Positions 14,141-25,819 of a DNA stretch of 64,000 nucleotides are shown here, in pieces (the first letter of the stretch is position 1; each line of letters opens with the position of its first letter). Under the pieces are notes generated by a model. The model was given only the letters and a program-made list of their open reading frames with translations, was not told the DNA's origin and ran no database searches. The DNA is from Eledone cirrhosa. Its lineage: Eukaryota. The stretch covers positions 335,668,001-335,732,000 of the forward strand of contig OZ024741.1 in assembly GCA_964016885.1 (NCBI GenBank). Reading direction: 5' to 3'. Made by a program: the position numbers and the translations under genes.

Positions 14141-15046
14141 ATATTGTTATACTTTGGGAGGGTCATGTTGCCAATAAGAAACACACGCACCAGTTGCTTT
14201 CACTTCAATTTATTATATATTTATAAATTTATAAATTTACAAATCTACAAACTTATAAATTTCTGGTTGGTTGGTTCCACAACCAGATAGTTGTTTATAT
14301 ATATAGTCATACCAACATGCTAAGATAGAACACAGGGGTAGATTAGAGAGCATAGAAATAAAAATAGAATCCACGCACAGAAAAGACGCAATGTTTAGGC
14401 AAATTACAGAGGCAGTAAGCATAAAAGAATTAAAACCAAAATTAAATAGAAAATACGAGTGGAACAGCAACATCACAACTTACAATTAAGGACAAAATGA
14501 AAACACACACACACATAGAACAAACAACTTACAATTGAAAACACACACAAAATGAAAACACACACAGGAGAAAATGAAAACACACACACACATAGAACAA
14601 ACAACCAACCAACAATAAATAAATAAATAAATAAACAAATAGAAAAATGAACACAAACACACACAGACACCCGGATGTGGCACATGCGCAAACTGAGCAC
14701 ACAACACACACACAGAAACAAAATGGCGTAGGATAGAAGAAAGAAAAGGCACAGAAACGAAGAGAAGAAAGGAATCCCCAGTCACTGAAGAGGTCACAGA
14801 GTGTGTGACGAAAGGACTATGACTATATATATAAACAACTATCTGGTTGTGGAACCAACCAACCAACCAGAAATTTATAAGTTTGTAGATTTGTAAATTT
14901 ATAAATTTATAAATATATAATAAATTGAAGTGAAAGCAACTGGTGCGTGTGTTTCTTATTGGCAACATGACCCTCCCAAAGTATAACAATATCGGTTTCA
15001 ACACACGATTTCAGATAAAGAATCTTGCTAAACAAATTCAGAAACG

Positions 15047-15049
<3 letters not shown>
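14141..15049 (+). mobile_element. Fold-back Penelope/retrozyme-like element, family B
   Basis: Inverted arms at 14141-14311 and 14818-14992, spacer of about 500 bp, unique 3' tail to 15049, (TA)n on both sides. Homologous to 41510-41728. Confidence 0.75.
14780..14824 (+). ncRNA. Type I minimal hammerhead ribozyme
   Basis: AGTCA-CTGAAGA-G GTCACA GAGTG TGTGAC-GAAA-GGAC-TA-TGACT. Predicted cut after A14819. Confidence 0.7.
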
Positions 15050-15092
<43 letters not shown>

Positions 15093-15489
15093 AAAATGAT
15101 AATAAAAAAAGGGTTCAAAAAGTGCACCTATTAGCGAAGCTTGCTTTCTCCATTTTGGATCTTCAAAACATTTGTTATTAGGTCAAATTATTTTCATTAA
15201 AACTCCTGCATGTTGACTTTCGATTACATGGTTTGGTTCACTTCTGTCCTTCCTAAAGTATCCCTTACTTTAGCAAGGACAGAAGTAAGGGATACTTTAG
15301 TATCCTTTAGCCCTCAATATTGATGGGACTGTTCTGCTAATCCTGGTGTATATAATATAAGTTGCCCTCATATGGTTTATCAACTCTAACTACTTCACAC
15401 ATTTTCAATTTGTTGAACGATTGAAAATATATAGTATTTTCTGTAATATACATCAGCTGAGTAGCCTCATTTGCATACCGATTGGCAGA

Positions 15490-15545
15490 GAGATAAACAG
15501 TCCTGATGAAGGATAATGACCCAGAAACATGATGATTGTTTCTCG
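15490..15545 (+). ncRNA. Degenerate hammerhead motif in a Penelope-like 3' end
   Basis: AACAGTC-CTGATGA-AGG..CCA-GAAAC..GATTGTT. Stem I pairs; cleavage triplet unclear. Confidence 0.4.
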
Positions 15546-15788
15546 ATGCCAGTGTTGAACAAACGGATGATTATTCATCATCAGCATGGCACAGCTTTAA
15601 TCCGGCCGTTTGTTTACAAACGAATCTAATATTATTATTGATGTTTGATATAACCCTTATGTACATATGTATATGTGTGTGTGTGTGTATATATACATAT
15701 GTATGTGTATATATAAGTGTGTGTATACTTACATTTATATATCAGCTGTGCTAGACTGAGAAATGAAATTCTAATTTTATATATATAT

Positions 15789-16370
15789 CTTGGTTGTCCA
15801 TTGTAAACGATGATGACATCTTCTTTATTGTTGTTCCCGTCTGCCGTGGGCACAAAGGTGGCTGTGGAGGCTGATCCTTGACTTGCAGGCCCGGGGACAG
15901 TAGGGGCAGGGGAAGAGACCGGAGTCAGACTGGTAACTCCCAGAGGTTACCTCCACCTGTTACCTCCACCTCTCGCCCATCGCCGCAGGGCTTTGGGAGT
16001 CCACGCTAAAGAAGAAACCTGTGCGGGAAAGGGTTATAGTGGGAGGGCCAGTGCACAGTGACGGTCCCACTCACTCGGCGGCAGAAGCCAGAATCCGGTG
16101 GTACAGAGGACCATCACGACCAGAGACTTCCTTGGCTGCAGTGGATGGCCACGACATCTGTAGTGCCTTGCTGTGCCCTAGCGCTCGACACCGCTTGCTG
16201 TCGCCGCCTTCGTGACTGTTGGGACGATGTTGTCCTCCTCCACTCACTCCGCCGGGTCCAGTCTTCGCATGCAGGGGCAGGCATCCCCTATCTAACTCAC
16301 TGGGGGGTTTCAGACCCGTCCGGCTACCCTCAACCTGGTTCGGCCCGCCAGCCAAGGCGGTTTACCGTGT
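15789..16370 (-). mobile_element. Bipartite non-autonomous RTE-derived element (5'UTR joined to 3' end)
   Basis: GC-rich island. Minus strand ends ...RISLHSHLCAHGRREQQ*, resembling RTE C-termini, then GTCATCATCG..GGACAACCAAGA and (TA)n. Confidence 0.65.
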
Positions 16371-16732
16371 ATTATATATACGCCTGTATATATATATATA
16401 TACAGGCGTATATATATAATACACAGCATGTGTATATAAAGCAGTCCCCCAAAACACCCACTCCATATGTATACTATATTTACATATATATATACACACA
16501 CACCTATATACTATACATATATATATAGTTATGGTCCTTTTAGAGATCAAATCCCGCCAAGGTCAGCTTTGCCTTTCATCCTTATGAGGTTGATAAAATA
16601 AAGTACCAGAGGTTAATTTAGTTGACTCTCCCCATCTTTTCAAATTTCTGGCCTTGTGCCAAATGTAGAAACAATTATGTGTATATATATCTAAAGTGGT
16701 CCCCACTCCACATATATATACTATATATACAT

Positions 16733-17460
16733 TGGGGTGGCCCTTAACAATAGGTAATTTTCCGAAAGTTAAAATTTTGCTGCTCCCACCGCTTACTCCT
16801 GTTTCAATCAACAAATACATGGGTGTGCCAAATTTCAGCTCAATCAGAAAACTGTTAGGCGACCCTCAAATGCCTTGAAGTTGGAACATAGTATACGCAA
16901 TGATTAATTCTGTTCAAAGCGATATACTGTTCCCTATCTCGACCATTTTCTTTTCTCTTCTTAGAGAAATTTATGTGGACACATCCAGGCAACCCCAGCA
17001 AATGTTTAAAAACATTCTGAATCAAATTGACCAATAGTTAATTTGAAAAATTCTTGAAATAACATGAAAAACTTTCTTAATAAAGCAAACAACTTCTATA
17101 GGAAAAAATTTATTTACAACAATAATTTCTATAGAATCAAAAACGTAATGTGAACACTGAACACTGAACATTATTTTTGCATAAGAGAGGATTTAGTGGC
17201 AGTTGGGTATGTCTTACAGTTTTCGGTAGCGATCTGTAAAACAAATTGTTTCTCAGTTTCATCTTTTGTGAGAATGTTATTGTAATCCTGAATGAGTTTG
17301 ACACCTCTTTCTGCAACATCATTCACAACAGCTGTCCACTTTTGTTACCAGGATCATCCTTCCGTGTTGAAGGGTCTTTGTCGAAGGAATCGGTGATAGA
17401 AAATTTTGTACGAAAAGACGAAAACTCAATGTTTATAAAGGAAGAAAAGTCATTTCAGTT
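16733..17460 (-). mobile_element. Defective DNA transposon (hATm-like) end with transposase C-terminal relic
   Basis: Terminus GGGGTGGCCCTTA, shared with the element at 18566. Minus strand reads VVNDVAERGVKLIQDYNNILTKDETEKQFVLQ at about 17330-17235. Superfamily assignment is from memory. Confidence 0.6.
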
Positions 17461-17529
17461 GATTTTTTTCTTCTTCCTCTTCTTCACCTTTGTCTACTTC
17501 CAGCATAACTTGAGCAATATTTACCTTAA

Positions 17530-18425
17530 CTTCTCCTTGCTCTCCGTTTCTCCTTGCTCTCCTTTTCTCCTTGCTCTCCTTGCCCTCCCTGCTCTCCTTT
17601 TCTCCTTGCTCTCCTTTCCCTCCTTGCTCTCCTTTTCCCATTGCACTCCTTGCTCTCCTTTTCTCATTGCTCTCCTTTTCTCATTGCTCTCCTTGCTCTC
17701 CCTTTCTCCTTGCTCTCCCTTTCTCCTTGCTCTCCTTTTCTCATTGCTCTCCTTTTCACATTGCTATCCTTGCTCTCCTTGCTCCCATTTTATCCTTGCT
17801 CTTCTTGCTCTTCTTTTATCCTTTCTCTACTTGCTCTCCTCCTTTTCTCCTTGCTCTACTTGCTCTCCTTTTCTCCTTGCTCTACTTGCTCTCCTTTTCT
17901 CCTTGCTCTCCTTGCTCCCCTTTTATCCTTGCTCTTCTTGCTCTTCTTTTATCCTTTCTCTACTTGCTTTCCTCCTTGTATCCTTGCTCTACTTGCTCTC
18001 CTTTTCTCCTTGCTCTACTTGCTCTCCTTTTCTCCTTGCTCTACTTGCTCTCCTTTTATCCTTGCTCTACTTGCTCTCCTTTTCTTTTTGCTCTACTTGC
18101 TCTCCTTTTATCTTTGCTCTACTTGCTCTCCTTTTATCCTTGCTCTACTTGCTCTCCTTTTCTCCTTGTTCTACTTGCTCTCCTTTTATCCTTGCTCTAC
18201 TTGCTCTCCTTGTATCCTTGCTCTACTTGCTCTCCTTTTATCCTTGCTCTACTTGCTCTCCTTTTATCCTTGCTCTACTTGCTCTCCTTTTATCCTTGCT
18301 CTACTTGCTCTCCTTTTATCCTTGCTCTACTTGCTCTCCTTTTATCCTTGCTCTACTTGCTCTCCTTTTCTCCTTGCTTTACTTGCTCTCCTTTTCTCCT
18401 TGCTCTCTCTTTCTCCTTGTATCCG
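17530..18425. repeat. Polypyrimidine minisatellite (about 26-bp CCTTGCTCTACTTGCTCTCCTTTTAT and variants)
   Basis: Tandem CTTGCTCT cores. Confidence 0.9.
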
Positions 18426-18565
18426 TGTACTTGTTTATATACAAATATAATAAGAAAAGGGGAGCAAAAGGAGAGTATATCTATATATATATGTATATAT
18501 ATATATTACTCAATACCGAGTAATCATTTCTCTCAGCTGTCAACCAGATATGGATATATGTATAT

Positions 18566-18732
18566 TAGGGTGGCCCTTAGCAATAGGTAATTTTCCGAAA
18601 GTTAAAATTTTGCTGCTCCCATGAAAATAGGTGTTTGCCCTATACCTGCGTTCTGTCCCCAGTTTTGCAAGTTGCCTTCCCCATTATATTTGAGCTAAAT
18701 ATTTAGAAAGTTGAAAAATAAGGTCCACCCTA
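18566..18732. mobile_element. MITE derivative of the same hATm-like transposon
   Basis: TIRs TAGGGTGGCCCTTA...TAAGGTCCACCCTA. First ~55 bp repeat 16733-16787. No clear TSD. Confidence 0.65.
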
Positions 18733-19416
18733 AGTGGAGTGTTATATTTATATACATATATATACTATATATGCGTATATACGTATATATAGAATATATA
18801 CATACATGTACGTTGGTGACAGCCATTGAAGCAAGCCTTTATACATGATTGCTTAGTGACATGCTATAAATAGGGTGGCTTAGTGGTTGGGGAGTTTGAC
18901 TAACGGTTATAAGGTCGTGAGTTCAATTCCCAGCAGGTTTGTAGCCTTGAGCAAGACACTTTATTTCATGATGCTTCATTCTACTCAGCTAGAAGAAATA
19001 TGTTGCATTTGTATTTCAAAGCGTTAACCTTCTCACATATAGTGTGTCATGTTGAATCTCCCTGATAACAACATTAAGGGTACATGTGTTGGTAGAATGC
19101 TGACTTGCAAGTGAATTTCACAACTAAGCAAGCTGTTGTGTTGCTCTAACAACTGGGGTACTTATCATTGGAATTGACACACATGCTCACAGGCACACAT
19201 AATCAACACACGACCCTAACCTACACACCCCCCCCCCCCCCCCACACACACACACATACAGGTAGGGCTGTATTATCCAGTGTGATTTTAAGGAGATTTT
19301 GTTGCAGTTTTTAACAGGTCGATTGGTCAAATAGTGGTTTCCTTATATATGATTATGTAATACATGTCACTGTGTGTGTGTATATATGTATATATATATA
19401 TGCACATCTATATAGT

Positions 19417-19456
<40 letters not shown>

Positions 19457-19458
<2 letters not shown>

Positions 19459-19857
19459 TAAAAGTTCTATTGAAATTGTTGGGATACAGCAAGCAAATAT
19501 TTTTATAACTGATATAAAGCACTCAACAAATATTTGGAGTAAAAATACGATATTAACAAATGGAAACTATATTTATAAAACCATATTTATTTCATTATAC
19601 ATATTTCAAGGACACCAAGTTAAATTATGGTGTGCTTTCATCAGACAAAATATAATATAGATCAGTTTTATAAATAAATATTGACATACCCTTAAAAAAT
19701 GCAACCATTACTGTTGGAAGCTCCCGGATAGTATTTATTTATAAAACTGATCTATATTATATTTTGTCTGATGAAAGCACACCATAATTTAACTTGGTGT
19801 CCTTGAAATATGTATAATGAAATAAATATGGTTTTATAAATATAGTTTCCATTTGTT
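19457..19857 (-). mobile_element. Fold-back Penelope/retrozyme-like element, family A, second copy
   Basis: 126-bp inverted arms at 19555-19680 and 19732-19857 with a 51-bp spacer. (TA)n on both sides. Confidence 0.8.
19760..19824 (+). ncRNA. Type I minimal hammerhead ribozyme with intact core; mirrored on the minus strand in the left arm
   Basis: TATTTTGT-CTGATGA-AAGCACACCA(loop)TGGTGTCCTT-GAAA-T ATGT A TA-ATGAAATA. Predicted cut after A19816. Confidence 0.72.
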
Positions 19858-20066
19858 TATATATATATATATATATATATATACATACATACATACATAC
19901 ATACAGATATATATATATATATAGGAAGGGCATTCAGCTGTAGAAAACCCGCCAGATAGTCCTATGCGAGCAAGACAATCACTCTTGCCTCAAGTGGGAA
20001 AACGCCCGTCCAAACCCATGCAAGCGTGGAACACGGACGTTAAACGTTGATGATGATGATGATGAT

Positions 20067-20465
20067 GGAGGCACATGGCTTAGTGGTTAGAGCATTGGCC
20101 TTGCAATCGAAAGGTTGTGAGTTCAATTCTCAGACTGGGTGATGTGTTGTTTCCTTGAGCAAGACACTTTATTTCACATTGCTCCAGTTTACTCAGCTGT
20201 AGAAATGAGATGATAGGAACTGAAGTCCCTATCATTCCACTGCAAAGTGGTCATGGAGGTGCCACGGCAAAAAAGCACCCAGGCCACACTGTAAAGTGGA
20301 TGTGTAGGCGCCACGGAAAAAAAAGCACCCAGCACTCACTGTAAATAAGGTTGGTGTTAAGAAGGGCATCCAGCTGTAGAAATCAAGCCAGAATCAGTTC
20401 CCGTCCTACCCTTGCAAGCAGGAAAAAAGTGGGCGTAAAATGATGAGGATGATGATGATGATGAT
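20067..20465 (+). mobile_element. SINE family A
   Basis: A box TGGCTTAGTGG, B box GTTCAATTC, CORE-like block, RTE-like tail, (GAT)n. Preceded by an RTE tail fragment at 19923-20065. Confidence 0.88.
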
Positions 20466-20808
20466 GGTGTGTGTATGTATATATATACACATATACATCT
20501 AGATGTACATATATATATATACACACACCATGTATATATATATGGTGTGTGTATGTATATATATATATATGGTGTGTGTATGTATGTATATATATATGTA
20601 CATATATATAGTTGTTTTTACATGTACATATGTGTGTCTATCTGGTTGCTTGGGCGTTCATTAATAAAGCAATATGTCAATTGAAAATTGGAGAAGCAAC
20701 AAAAGCTTTTAAAACATTAGGCTTGGTAGCAGTAAAGGCCAAGATTTTACCTGGCAAAATATACTGTAAACATATGCCAAGAACAATATATATATATGTA
20801 TGTATGTA

Positions 20809-20896
<88 letters not shown>

Positions 20897-20943
20897 CAAA
20901 TAACGAAACAAAATTAAATTTCGTTTCGTTTGTATATATATAT

Positions 20944-21289
20944 GGAGGCACATGGCTTAGTGGTTAGAGTATTGGCCTTGCAATCGAAAGGTTGTAAGTT
21001 CAATTATCAGACCAGGTTATGTGTTGTTTCCTTGAGCAAGACACTTTATTTCACATTGCTCCAGTTTACTCAGCTGTAGAAATGAGATGATAGGGACTGG
21101 GGTCCCTATCATTCCACTGCAAAGTGGTCATGGAGGTGCCACGGCAAAAAAGCAAGCACCCAGCACTCACTGTAAATGAGGTTGGTGTTAGGAAGGGCAT
21201 CCAGCTATAGAAATCAAGCCAGAATCAGTTCTCGTCCCACCCTTGCAAGCAGGGAAAAAGCGGACGTGAAATGAAATGAAATGAAATGA
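20944..21289 (+). mobile_element. SINE family A
   Basis: Same structure as 20067, with a (TGAAA)n tail. Confidence 0.88.
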
Positions 21290-21825
21290 ATGTATATGTG
21301 TATATATATATATGTCTATATGTGTATATATATATGTATGTGTATGTATATGTATGTGTATACATGTGTATGTATGTGTACAGATATATGTATATATACA
21401 TGCGTATATATATACACACACACACACATATATATATATATACGCACATGAGGATATGCTGAAAAGTCGATAGGTTGACTTAGAAGGAATGATGCTAGTC
21501 TAGTGCTGTGAAATCTTGTATGCATTAATTTCAACTTTTCTTATTAATAATTGCAGTGTTTCTTTCCAAGGACTATGTTGAAAAATAAACCTCATTTGGT
21601 CATTTCCTGAGAGTATCTTTATCAGCCAATGGACCAACCTTAACAATATATATAGTCAGTTACTTGTCCTATTTAATATAACAACCACATTAATAATTAT
21701 TACTGATTGCTTACTATTGCTGCCATGTCAATACTCCTTTTTCTCTATGATATCTCTTCTGAAGTATATGGGGTGTATATTAAAAAGTAAAGGGCTCTTA
21801 ACACCTGGTGGATTTATAGGGGTAT

Positions 21826-22290
21826 TGTACACAGCATGCCTTGGACACTGTCCTGATACACAGCATGTCTTGGACACTGTCCTGATACACAGCATGTCTT
21901 GGACACTGTCCTGACACACATCATGTCTTGGATACTGCCCTGACACATGGCATGTCTTGGACATTGTCTTGACACATGACATGTCTTGGACATTGTCTTG
22001 ACACATGACATGTCTTGGACACTGTCCTGACACATGGCATGTCTTGGACACTGTCCTGATACACAGCATGTCTTGGACACTGTCCTGATACACAGCATGT
22101 CTTGGACACTGTCCTGACACACATCATGTCTTGGATACTGCCCTGACACATGGCATGTCTTGGACATTGTCTTGACACATGACATGTCTTGGACATTGTC
22201 TTGGACATTGTCTTGACACATGACATGTCTTGGACACTGTCCTGACACATGGCATGTCTTGGACATTGTTGTGACTCATGGCATGTCTTG
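21826..22290. repeat. 28-30-bp minisatellite (GGACACTGTCCTGATACACAGCATGTCTT) with a higher-order duplication
   Basis: Direct tandem units; a block of about 200 bp is repeated. Confidence 0.92.
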
Positions 22291-23005
22291 GGTCACGTCT
22301 TTATGCTAGTCATCATGGGTCACATCTTCAAGTAGTTCGACATGGATCACATGTCTTCATGTTGGTTGATATTGGTAAGGTCTTCATGGGCCATGACTTT
22401 ATGTAAGTCAACATGGGTCATGTCTTCATGTAGATTGTCATGTGTTACATGACTTCAGGTAGGTCGAAATGGGTCATGTCTTCATGTAGGTTGACATGGG
22501 TCACATCTTCATGTAGATTGACATGGGTCATGTCTTCATGTAGGTCGACATGGGTCACTTGTCTTCATGTAGGTTGACATAGGTCATGTCTTCATGTAGG
22601 TTGACATGGGTTACATGTCTTCATGTAGGTCAACATGGGACATGTCTTCTTGTAGGTTGACATAGGTCATGTTTTGATGTAGGTCGACATGGGTCACGTG
22701 TCTTCATGTAGGTCGACATAGGTCATGTCTTCATGTAAGTTGACATAGGCCATGTTTTCATGTAGGTTGACATGGGTAACGTGTCTTCATGTAGGTTGAC
22801 ATGGGTCACATGTCTTCATGTAGGTCGACATGGGTCACATCTTCAAGTAGGTCGACATGGGTCATGTCTTCATGAAGGTCGACATGGGTCACGTGTCTTC
22901 ATATAGGTTGACATTGGTCACATCTCTTCATGTAGGTTGACATGGGTCACGTGTCTTCATGTAGGTTGACATAGGTCATGCCTTCATGTAGGTCGACATG
23001 GGTCC
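22290..23005. repeat. 27-29-bp minisatellite (GTAGGTYGACATGGGTCACRTGTCTTCAT)
   Basis: About 25 tandem diverged units. Confidence 0.92.
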
Positions 23006-24206
23006 TATATTTTAGAACATCATTGTTTTTACGTAGACTTTTCTATGCTGGCATGGGTTGGAGGGGACTTCTTGAGACAGTTTTACAACTGGATGCCCTT
23101 CCTGACACCAAACCTTTTAGTCACTTCTTACAATATGCAGAGATATGAACTTATTCTAAGCCAGATACATGACATAGGTTAAAAGGAAAATATCTGCAAT
23201 TAGATAAAATGCATTGTTGTTCTACACAAATAAATGGATTAAATTATTTGTTTATATTTTAACCGTAAAATGATTATTTTTGGAAACTAGTTTAGCCTGA
23301 AGGTGTTACCAAATTCAATATTTTCTAGAAATGTATTTGTAGAAACATTTAAACACCAGAAAAAAAATTGCCTTGCAGTATTTTTGCAGTCCTTTATGCT
23401 CTGAATTCAAATCCTAATGTGGTCAACCTTGCCTGTTATCATTTTGAGATAATAAAATGAAAAACTAATCAAATATTGGAATCAATTTAATTCACTTTAA
23501 TTTTTCTCTCACAAATGTCTGGCCTTGTGTTCTTGTACTGGCTTCAGTCATTAAACTGTAATGATACCAAGGCACCATCTTGATATCGTTTATCATATCA
23601 AACCCCAGAAGTTGCTTTTTTCTTTTCTTCTCTTTTTGTTGGCCTGGTTTTTATTTTATCTATGTCTTTTTGTCGAACTGTTAAGTTACGGAACATTAAC
23701 ACAAGCATAGCATAGACTCACACATAAACATAAAATTCACCTCACAAAGCATTGGTCAGCCTAAGGCTATAGTAGAAGATGTACATACACATAATTTGAC
23801 TAACAAAGCATTGGTAAATCCACTGGCTGAAAATGCTGTGCAGCTGGACTGAACCCAGAACTATATGGTTGAACAGCAAACTGCTTAATCTCACAACCAT
23901 CACTGCACCTAAATAAGAAGCCATTATAAGTCTGAATTATTTTCCTAGTAAAAAGCATGTTACTATGATTCAGACAAGACACTGTCATGGCAGTACACCT
24001 ATCTCCCTCTCTTCCTCCCTCCCTATCTCCCTATCTTACTAAATATCTATCTCCCTTTACAACTGGCTTTTATGGCTGCACTAATTCTTTCAGTTTTATC
24101 AATACGCTGGTTGTTCCGTGTGATATTGTGATATTTAACTGAAAAACCCAGCATCCATTAGGCAATTCTATCAAACCAGTAGATCCTTTTACAAACACTC
24201 ACACAA

Positions 24207-24273
<67 letters not shown>

Positions 24274-24843
24274 TACTGGCATCAACTTCTAATAACTATG
24301 GTTGTTCAGTGTGATATTTAACTGAAATACCAGCGTCCATTAGGCAAACCACAAACCAGTACCTCCTGATACACACATGTATATATATATAAATGTATAT
24401 ATGTGTATATATATTCTGGCATAAACTTCTGATAAACAGTAGTAGAAGTGATATACTGTGGTGGTTAGTTTCATATAAAAATATATTAACAAGTGCAACT
24501 GCATGCACACATACATATGCACAAAATATGCACACACACCCACTCACATACACATCCATACATATGCACATACACACACATATCCACCCTCACACGCGCA
24601 CACAGGCACAAAACCCCACTCACAAGGCCATACACATACACACTCACGTACACCACACATACATACACAACCACATCACATATACATGCAGCTATTGAAT
24701 GTAGATTACAGCAGGAGGAGCCTGTTGTTACTACAGGAGGGAAAGAATACTGATGGTTTGAGAGCCAAGTAAAAGCAATATATATTTGTGTATTTCTGTA
24801 GCGAGAGTGGTAAACAGTAACTGTGCAGCAGCCATATACATAC

Positions 24844-24913
24844 ATGTATGGTAACGATATTGAAAGAAATGGCATTACTTTTCTAGATATCGTAGAAGCC
24901 ATGCATTCTATTG
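24844..24913 (+). CDS. Candidate first coding exon of an unknown host gene (exon 24802-24913)
   Basis: Acceptor TTTCTGTAG, upstream in-frame TAA, ATG at 24844 (MYGNDIERNGITFLDIVEAMHSI), donor G|GTATGT, phase 1. Confidence 0.35.
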
Positions 24914-25058
24914 GTATGTTACATACATTATAGTTGCTAAAACCACGAAAATGCAATGCTATTTGCTGTGCAAAAGTTGTTAAAGGAATTGTGTGTGAGT
25001 GTGTGTTTGTGTGTCTCTGTGTGTATTGTGTGTGTGTGTGTATATATGTTTATATATG

Positions 25059-25089
<31 letters not shown>

Positions 25090-25094
<5 letters not shown>

Positions 25095-25280
25095 AATGAG
25101 TAGGACCCCCACGGCTGAGCTCGAGCCGTGTCGACGGCTAATTCAGAATTAGCCGTCGAAACGGCTTGAGCTCAGCCGTCGGGGTCCTACTCATTCCTAT
25201 TACCCACTCTACTACCCTAAGTATTGAGTACTTTGGTGCATTATGGTCCATCTGGTTCCTTACCAGATTTCCTTCGTTAT
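25090..25280 (+). mobile_element. Fold-back element, family C, with the 3' part of a hammerhead
   Basis: 55-bp arms around A25145. GAA-ACGGCT(loop)AGCCGT-C then GGGGTCC gives stem III plus a GUC site. Tail to 25280; (TA)n on both sides. Confidence 0.8.
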
Positions 25281-25354
25281 ATATATATATATATATAACC
25301 CATGCTAGCGTGGAAGATGGACGTTAAACGAAGATGATGATGATGAGGATGATA

Positions 25355-25385
<31 letters not shown>

Positions 25386-25410
25386 GCATATATGTTTCTG
25401 TGTATATATT

Positions 25411-25468
<58 letters not shown>

Positions 25469-25491
25469 TATATATATATATATATATATAT

Positions 25492-25556
<65 letters not shown>

Positions 25557-25723
25557 GTATATATATTGTGTATATGTATATATAGTCACTATTATAACTG
25601 TAACGCATTGCCATGACAACGTCAAATATTTGGAAAAGGATGCTGGCAGTTCACAGCGATACTTGTTCCTATGTGTGCTGCAGCAGCAGCAACATCAGCA
25701 GTTTACATGCCACAGAAATAAAA

Positions 25724-25763
<40 letters not shown>

Positions 25764-25819
25764 TAAAGTAATGCTACTAATAATAATAATAATAATGATG
25801 ATGATGATGATCATCATCA

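Noticed and set aside
17246-18590. Three overlapping Leu/Ser/Cys-rich ORFs
   Set aside because: The pyrimidine satellite lacks stop codons in all plus frames; no evidence of coding.
20067-20140. tRNA gene-like A/B boxes
   Set aside because: Head of a multi-copy SINE, not a standalone tRNA.
21826-23005. CRISPR-like ~29-bp periodicity
   Set aside because: Contiguous tandem units with no unique spacers, no cas genes, eukaryotic context.
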